Positions 58,088-64,000 of a DNA stretch of 64,000 nucleotides are shown piece by piece. The notes beneath the pieces were generated by a model, which saw only the letters and a list, made by a program, of their open reading frames with translations, did no database searches and was not told the DNA's origin. The position numbers and the translations under genes were made by a program. Where the stretch lies: assembly GCA_028277345.1 (NCBI GenBank), contig JANQGM010000023.1, positions 7,895-71,894 on the forward strand, in the 5' to 3' direction. Position 1 is the stretch's first letter. The number at the start of each line of letters is the position of its first letter. This stretch comes from Candidatus Bipolaricaulota bacterium. GTDB lineage: Bacteria > Bipolaricaulota > Bipolaricaulia > UBA7950 > UBA9294.

Positions 58088-58891
58088 ATGCACATCGTCC
58101 GTTCTGGCTTGTCCGCTCATCGTTTTCGTCTCGCGCTCGTTCTTGGGGTCGTGATTGCCTCGTTGGCCATCCCTTCTCTCATCGTCAGTGCACAGGCGGA
58201 AGACTTCAAGCAACGTGTCTTTTCGACGCTGATTGCGCTTCCCGATGAGTACTTCTCCCAGTTGGTAGATTTGATGGCCATGATGGATGCTGACACCGAC
58301 ATGGCTGCCGCCTTCACTGAAGCTCCACGCGAGTTCTTGCTTGCAGAAGGTATCGAACTTGCGCCGGACGTCTTCCAAGTCATTGGCCTCGACTTCTCTA
58401 TCCTCCCGGAGGTTGAAGGAGATCCGTGGTTTGGCATCGCCGAGCCACTTGAGGGGCTTGTTTATGAACCCAAGGGGATCGGTGTGTTCTTTGACAGCGT
58501 CGCCGTGTTCATCCAAGAGGCGTTTGAGCCCGTGGATGAAGGAGCGATGCCCGAGATGCGCGACCACCAGACCGATATGCTCACTTTCGTTGGGGATCGA
58601 TTCCCGGGAGACACCCTTGATCTCGTTGGCGCAGCCGTTCTCGAGTTGGATGCGCTGGATGCCGATGATCCAAGGCGGCTTGAGTTCCTGGCCAATCCCC
58701 GGGAATACCTGCTTGAGCAGCAGTTAACGCTGCCTGCTAGTGCATACCGGATCATCGCCGTCGATCTGCTGCGTGCCGGTGTGGTTGGCGGTGTCGCTTC
58801 CGGTGTCGTTCGTCCGGGCCTAGGGACGATCCCGGAAGGCATCGGCATATTCTATGATAATGTAGGCGTGTTCCTGCAGAGGGCCATCTGA
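58088..58891 (+). CDS. Secreted protein made of two homologous ~100-aa modules, function unknown
   Basis: ATG 58088 behind GGAAGGAGG. Signal peptide RLALVLGVVIASLAIPSLIVSAQA. Module 1 (APREFLLAEGIELAPDVFQVIGLDF...KGIGVFFDSVAVFIQEA) repeats as module 2 (NPREYLLEQQLTLPASAYRIIAVDL...EGIGIFYDNVGVFLQRA). Preferred over the overlapping minus ORF 57914-58567. Confidence 0.55.
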   Translation: MHIVRSGLSAHRFRLALVLGVVIASLAIPSLIVSAQAEDFKQRVFSTLIALPDEYFSQLVDLMAMMDADTDMAAAFTEAPREFLLAEGIELAPDVFQVIGLDFSILPEVEGDPWFGIAEPLEGLVYEPKGIGVFFDSVAVFIQEAFEPVDEGAMPEMRDHQTDMLTFVGDRFPGDTLDLVGAAVLELDALDADDPRRLEFLANPREYLLEQQLTLPASAYRIIAVDLLRAGVVGGVASGVVRPGLGTIPEGIGIFYDNVGVFLQRAI

Positions 58892-58939
58892 CCCTCTCCG
58901 GCATAAGGGATGAGACTGAGTCGAGCATAAGGAGGCGGA

Positions 58940-61135
58940 ATGCAGCGGGACGTGCCGAGGAGTTGGATGCACCAGGTACATGAATTGGGGAAGCGCGCTA
59001 CGGCCGCTTCCCTTTTTGTTTTGATCGTCATCGGCGCATCGCTGTCTGCCTTCGGGCAAGGGATCGACATCGCCATTGATGCTCTTCACATTAGCTGGGT
59101 GGAGACGGCGGATGTCGAAAGCCGCACCGCCCTCAATCTGGATCAAGCGTTGGTCGGAGATACGATTCGAGTCAGCGCCACTGTCAGGAATGCGGGGACC
59201 ACCACAGCAGGGCAATTCAACGTTGACTTCTTCTTCACTGAGACGATCTCCGGCGAACATGGCAAAATCGGATCGCAGGCCGTCATCGGGTTGGAGCCTG
59301 GAGAACAGCGCCGCCCCGTCGTCACCTTCGACAGTACGGCCTTCGCGCCGGGCATTTACATCTTCTCCGCTGAAGCGGACCCGGAGAGGGTGTTGGACGA
59401 TACGTCACGCTGCGACAACTTCGCCCCCCTTGGGGATTGTGCAGGAGCGGCTGAGCAGTCCGACGACCGATACAAACTGACGCTCCTGCAAGAAGGCAGC
59501 CACATTTCGGAACCGAGCCTGACCAATGCGTTCGAGATCTGCCAAATGGGCGAGCTAGAGAGCAATCTGATCCTAGAAGCGCACAATGTTGGAACGCAAG
59601 CCTTCGCCCTGACAGGCTCGGACCTGGATGTGTTCGGCTATTATCGGCTCTCGCTGACTCCGCCGGCCAATGACTTCACATCGCTCGTGCGCTCCGGCAA
59701 CGAAGCCCAACAGCTGTTTAAAATCGTTTCCCTGCTCAATCCTGGAGAGGAGGGATTCGTCCGGATCACACTCGATTACACCTTGTTGGGTGCCCAGTTC
59801 CAGCCTGATCCCAATGATGCATTGGGGAAAGCCAACCCCGCCCAGCTGCGCATCTCCCTCAACCCGATTGGGGGAGGAACGCCCCAGGACATCTACCTGC
59901 CAAGCCAGTTCGCGTTATCGCAATTCTACTCCGAGGTCGATCTATGGACGTTCCCAAATCGCGCGCACTGCTTTTGTGACGACTATGCCGATATCGAATC
60001 CGTCAGCATTGACCCAGTCCCCGCCGGAGGCCTGGTCTTCCACGCCGTCTCCAGCACCAATGGAGACCGCCTTCATGTGCTGAAGGTACGGTCCGGAGAG
60101 GAGAAGCCCGATCCATGGGCGGCTCCCGCCGGGACCACCATCCGCGCCCTCGCCGCGACCTATGACGCAGAGACCATCTCCTACCGTGCGTTTGTCGCCG
60201 GCAGCAATGGCACGGTCTATGCGCTGGACGGCGTGGACAAGGACGAAGGGTCGTTCCTCACGCCCGGCTGGACCTCCGAGGCCGGTCTTGTGTCAGGGCC
60301 CGCCTATCTGGAGACTTCGGCGGATGGAAGCATGCTGATCGTTGCATCCGAAACCGGTGTCCATGTGCTCAATGCCCTAGATGGCGCCGTCCTTCGGAGC
60401 GATACGCAGCATGCCGTGACAACGCGTCCCGTTTTCGCCAATACCACAGGTACCGTGTGGTATGCGTCGGATGAGACGATCCACGGGTTTCGCTCCGATG
60501 GTTCGTCCTGCTCGAACGACACGATCCTTGACCAAATCACGTCAAACCTGGGCATCAATCAGGATGAAACCGCCGTCTTTTTCGGCACGGATTCCGGCGA
60601 CTTCTTCGCGATCGGCGCTGCGGGAACCGGTTCAACCTGCCCGCTCGTCGACCAGGAAACCGCCCTCTTGAAGCGGACGATCGTTGGGCTCGATGTCGTC
60701 AGCGACAGTGGTGATGCCGTCCTTTACGTGACGAGCAGCATCGGAGAAATCGTGCGCGTGGAATACGATGATGGGCGTGGCTTCGACGACGAATTCGCCA
60801 ATGGAGTTGACGAAAACGAGCCTCGCGAAATCGCGGCGGCACCCGTTATCCTCCCCACATCGAATGGAAAGGATGCGAAGATCGTCTTCCTCACGGGTCA
60901 GACACGCGATGGGCGTACGGATCGTCCGATCCTGCAGGGGTGGGAAAAAGACCTGGAGGAATATGAGACCGTCTCGGTTTGGAACACATCGGTCTCCTTC
61001 ATCTTCAAACCCGAAGAGAACGGCACCATTCCTGCCGAACTCTTGACACCCGTAATTGACCCGGATACGTACACACTGCTCGTGGCGTCATCGGACGGCT
61101 ATCTCTATGCCTTTGACCTGGGACAGTTCGAATAA
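58940..61135 (+). CDS. Secreted protein: N-terminal CARDB-like domain plus PQQ/BamB-like beta-propeller repeats
   Basis: GGAGG RBS and signal peptide. CARDB pattern (GDTIRVSATVRNAGTTTAGQFNVDFFF...LEPGEQR...GIYIFSAEADP). The C-terminal half has repeated G.VYALDG / DGYLYAFD-type propeller blades. Confidence 0.7.
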   Translation: MQRDVPRSWMHQVHELGKRATAASLFVLIVIGASLSAFGQGIDIAIDALHISWVETADVESRTALNLDQALVGDTIRVSATVRNAGTTTAGQFNVDFFFTETISGEHGKIGSQAVIGLEPGEQRRPVVTFDSTAFAPGIYIFSAEADPERVLDDTSRCDNFAPLGDCAGAAEQSDDRYKLTLLQEGSHISEPSLTNAFEICQMGELESNLILEAHNVGTQAFALTGSDLDVFGYYRLSLTPPANDFTSLVRSGNEAQQLFKIVSLLNPGEEGFVRITLDYTLLGAQFQPDPNDALGKANPAQLRISLNPIGGGTPQDIYLPSQFALSQFYSEVDLWTFPNRAHCFCDDYADIESVSIDPVPAGGLVFHAVSSTNGDRLHVLKVRSGEEKPDPWAAPAGTTIRALAATYDAETISYRAFVAGSNGTVYALDGVDKDEGSFLTPGWTSEAGLVSGPAYLETSADGSMLIVASETGVHVLNALDGAVLRSDTQHAVTTRPVFANTTGTVWYASDETIHGFRSDGSSCSNDTILDQITSNLGINQDETAVFFGTDSGDFFAIGAAGTGSTCPLVDQETALLKRTIVGLDVVSDSGDAVLYVTSSIGEIVRVEYDDGRGFDDEFANGVDENEPREIAAAPVILPTSNGKDAKIVFLTGQTRDGRTDRPILQGWEKDLEEYETVSVWNTSVSFIFKPEENGTIPAELLTPVIDPDTYTLLVASSDGYLYAFDLGQFE

Positions 61136-61182
61136 GAAAGGAACGCAATCACAGCGCACGCCGAGGACGAGCGCAAGGGGGC

Positions 61183-64000
61183 ATGATGGTTCGAATTCGT
61201 TGGCAGAGGACCCCAAGGTTCATTTGGGGGTTCCTTCTGATGGGGCTGATCTCGATCTCGGCGATGGCTCAAGAGGATGTGAGCGATCTCGCCATCTCCG
61301 ACCTCGCGATCGGCCCATCATCGTCGGTCGTGCGCGGATCGCTGGTTCGTGTCGAAGCTTTATTGACGCTGTCCGGAGCTCCTCTGACCGGGAACATTCG
61401 CGTCGAGATTGCATGGCGACGTCTCGATAAGCAAGAACCCTGTGGAACCACGTGGGAGACGGTCGCGTCGGATGCATCTCTGCTCTCGTCGCGGGTGGAG
61501 GCGTGGATCGATACCTCCGATCTTATCGCCGGGACGTACGAAATCACCGTCACCGCCGACCCGGACAACTGGATTCCCGAGATCAGCGAAATCAATAATC
61601 GGCTCGCAACGTCTCTCGATATCCGTCCGCCTCAGCCCGAGCTGCACCCCACTCGCCTGGAAACCATTCCCGCCACCCCACTTGCCTGGGGAGAGACGGT
61701 CACGTTAAAAACGGAGATCGAGAATTCAGGCGATCTGGCCGCGGGTGCATTCCATGTCACCTTCGCCTTGCTCCCTCTATCTTGCGTCGATCCGAGCACG
61801 GGGAAGAGATGGGATATCTCGCCCATCATCGGGCAATCCGGCATCGGGAATTGGGTCTTTAACCTGGTCTCGGCTCCGCGATCGGCGACCGAGGCCACGA
61901 GCGCCGTCCCCGCAGACGCATGGATTCCGTTTACGCGGCTGCAGGTCCCGGGGTTGGCCCGCGATCAGGCAATCGAACTCTCAGGCGTCCTCGGAACCGG
62001 GGATTGGCTGCGGCAACAGCTTACCACGCCTGTCTCCGAATCCGGCACTATCGATGGATCAACCATGCTGCCCTTCTCGATTGACGACATGGTGCGCTTG
62101 GAAACCTGCGTGACCACCTACGCCATTCGCGTCACAATCACCCATCTTGTCGGGACCGCAGAGCAGGATGAAACCAATAACTTTCTCCAGTCAGCGCTTT
62201 CCGTCGAACCATCTACCCTTGAGCTTCCCGAGTTGCTGCCCATTCAGGCCATCTTTGATGAAGATTTGCCGCTTGCCTGGGATGACGATGTGGATGTGGA
62301 AGTCCTGGTGACGAATCGAGGCGGCTCCGCCGCGCCCGCCGTACTTGGCGCGACCAGCATCACGGTCTCATTCTCTTACCGCGCCCAAGGCGCAACGGCA
62401 TGGATTCCTCTTGAGATTCAGACGATCGCGCAGTTGGGGGCAGAAGAGGATTCCAATACGGAGTCCGTTGACATCACCATCGATGCACGCCCCAGCCAAC
62501 TGGCCCTCGACCCCGGAGCCTATGAGCTACGCATCGCGGTCGACGAGGCCAACCTCATTCAAGAACGAAACGAATACAACAATGAGATGATCGTCGGATT
62601 CTCCGTCCAAGGCACGGAACTTCATCCCGTCACGCTTGACCTTCCCGCCGAACCTGTCCATCAAGGCGATACCATCACCGTCGTCGCGCTTGTCGAAAAC
62701 ACGGGCGAACGAAGCCAACGCGACTTCACTGTCGGTTTCTACATCGATGATATGCGGTTCGACACGTTCTATTATCAGGCCGTTGCGGCCACGGAAGATG
62801 GACTGGAAGAGGATGACCGCGCTCGCGTTCAGGGGATTCTCGATACAACCGACTTGCCTCCCCAGACCTATGCGATACGCGTGGTCGTCGATCCCGATAA
62901 TCACATTCTTGAGCTGGACGAAGGCAACAACGTCATTCAATCCAGTCTCAGGTTACTCTCGCCCATCCAACGATTGGCAGAACTTCATATCACGGAACTC
63001 AGTCTCCTGCCGACATCGCCGGTGCCTGAAGGAAGTTCGCTTCGGCTCGCTGCTGCGATTCGCAACGATGGCTCAATCGCCGCCGAACGGTTCAATGTCT
63101 CGTTCGATCTCGCCTTCAGCTCCGACGGCGTGACGTGGACAACGCCCCAGTTACCGGCCCCGAGAGATGACGATGAGTTTGACACGACGCCCTTCCAGCG
63201 CATTCAGCCCGTCTACGGATTGGCGCGCTCGGAGAAGGTTGTCGTCGGTGAATCCTTCGACACCTCGGGATGGCCGATCGGGCAGTACCGTCTCTCGATC
63301 ACCGTCGATCCGACACGCGACGGTCGAGGCGAAATCGCCGAGATGGATGAAACCAACAACGAGGCAATCACCCTGTTCATGATCGGCGAGGCCGCGCTAC
63401 CGACGCATGATCCCCAGCAGCCTGCGGATCTGCCAAACCTTGTCTTCCAGAACGTCATCGTCAGTCCATCCGGAGGCGTTGGCATCGGCAGCACCGTTCA
63501 GTTCAGCGCTCAGGTCGTCAATATCGGAGTTCAACCCTCCGACGCCTTTCAGTTGTTGCTTCAGTGGACAACGCCAACCGGAGCCAGCTACACCTTGCTG
63601 TCCCAGCGGATCGATGGCCTGAGTCCCGGCGAGGCCTGGACAATTCCGCCGGTGTCTGTTCAGGCATCCCTTCCCATGGGGCCGTATGCCATCATCGGAC
63701 TCTTGGATGCGGGCAACGAAATTCCCGAATCCAATGAGTCGGACAACGAGCTACTCGTCTCGATTCCCGTCGGAACGGGCGAGGGCATTCAACCCGACTT
63801 GATCCCGATCGCCGTTCGCTTCGCACCCGCGACGTCCGTCGTCGAAGCCGGTCAAGAGGTACTCGTCTATACCACTATTCAGAATGTCGGAGCACTCGCG
63901 GCGGGCGCCTTCACCGTGACAGTGGCTGCAGGAGAGTCAGCATCCACGGAAACCTGGCCGGGGCTCGATCCTCTGCAGAGCATTGAACTCGCCCATTCCT
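61183..64000 (+). CDS. Large CARDB-repeat secreted protein, 3' end beyond the window (not in the ORF track)
   Basis: ATG 61183 (or 61186) behind AAGGGGG. Hand translation shows no stop through 63999 (939 codons). Signal peptide FIWGFLLMGLISISAMAQE. At least 7 CARDB-like units, each with V.N.G...A..F.V.F and ending in DP.N.I.E..E.NN. Confidence 0.75.
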   Translation, partial: MMVRIRWQRTPRFIWGFLLMGLISISAMAQEDVSDLAISDLAIGPSSSVVRGSLVRVEALLTLSGAPLTGNIRVEIAWRRLDKQEPCGTTWETVASDASLLSSRVEAWIDTSDLIAGTYEITVTADPDNWIPEISEINNRLATSLDIRPPQPELHPTRLETIPATPLAWGETVTLKTEIENSGDLAAGAFHVTFALLPLSCVDPSTGKRWDISPIIGQSGIGNWVFNLVSAPRSATEATSAVPADAWIPFTRLQVPGLARDQAIELSGVLGTGDWLRQQLTTPVSESGTIDGSTMLPFSIDDMVRLETCVTTYAIRVTITHLVGTAEQDETNNFLQSALSVEPSTLELPELLPIQAIFDEDLPLAWDDDVDVEVLVTNRGGSAAPAVLGATSITVSFSYRAQGATAWIPLEIQTIAQLGAEEDSNTESVDITIDARPSQLALDPGAYELRIAVDEANLIQERNEYNNEMIVGFSVQGTELHPVTLDLPAEPVHQGDTITVVALVENTGERSQRDFTVGFYIDDMRFDTFYYQAVAATEDGLEEDDRARVQGILDTTDLPPQTYAIRVVVDPDNHILELDEGNNVIQSSLRLLSPIQRLAELHITELSLLPTSPVPEGSSLRLAAAIRNDGSIAAERFNVSFDLAFSSDGVTWTTPQLPAPRDDDEFDTTPFQRIQPVYGLARSEKVVVGESFDTSGWPIGQYRLSITVDPTRDGRGEIAEMDETNNEAITLFMIGEAALPTHDPQQPADLPNLVFQNVIVSPSGGVGIGSTVQFSAQVVNIGVQPSDAFQLLLQWTTPTGASYTLLSQRIDGLSPGEAWTIPPVSVQASLPMGPYAIIGLLDAGNEIPESNESDNELLVSIPVGTGEGIQPDLIPIAVRFAPATSVVEAGQEVLVYTTIQNVGALAAGAFTVTVAAGESASTETWPGLDPLQSIELAHS

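Noticed and set aside
57280-58567. Minus-strand ORFs 57280-58017 (245 aa) and 57914-58567 (217 aa)
   Set aside because: The first is antisense to the flavin reductase gene. The second competes with a plus-strand ORF that has a strong RBS, a signal peptide and an internal duplication, and it lacks any of these.

Overview
This is 64 kb of a GC-rich bacterial chromosome (about 60% GC by eye), densely coded on both strands. I found no rRNA, tRNA, CRISPR array, transposase or integrase. All calls come from reading the ORF translations and the DNA by eye. No searches were run, so family names are motif-based inferences.

The backbone is housekeeping:
- lspA-tmk-dnaN, alaS, and eno-ftsB-dnaE-yvcK.
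- A thpR-archease-rtcB RNA-repair operon.
- A tightly overlapping minus-strand string: glnS, pyrK-pyrD-pyrF-pyrE, a ThyX-like gene, dcd.
- nudC, a class V aminotransferase, a beta-CASP RNase, an LDH/MDH-family dehydrogenase, and a YtrA-type GntR/ABC/DUF4097 envelope operon.

There are also several very large secreted proteins: a beta-helix/PKD/caspase fusion, CARDB arrays, a protein with a FlgD/T9SS-like tail, and a lamin-tail-domain protein. These suggest an environmental, probably uncultivated, lineage.

Two patches of lower GC look accessory:
1. About 7.8-10.9 kb: an EEP-family nuclease plus an AbiEi/AbiEii-like antitoxin/nucleotidyltransferase pair. The pair has a clear promoter with three copies of an 8-nt operator half-site.
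2. About 15.2-20.6 kb: a roughly 5.3 kb insertion at about 40-47% GC with its own promoter. It carries two overlapping genes. One is a 590-aa protein whose N-terminal half follows the nitrilase/CN-hydrolase motif order (E, K, C). The other is a 1053-aa Rad50/SMC-like ABC ATPase with a mid-coiled-coil CPLC hook motif and an unexplained ~230-aa N-terminal module.

The second patch is my top candidate for an undescribed conflict/defence system, or a very divergent Lamassu-like one.

The ORF track misses at least two things: an open-ended CARDB-repeat gene from 61183 to the window end, and a 54-aa coupled membrane ORF at 22621-22785. Many long antisense ORFs in the track are GC-driven artefacts.
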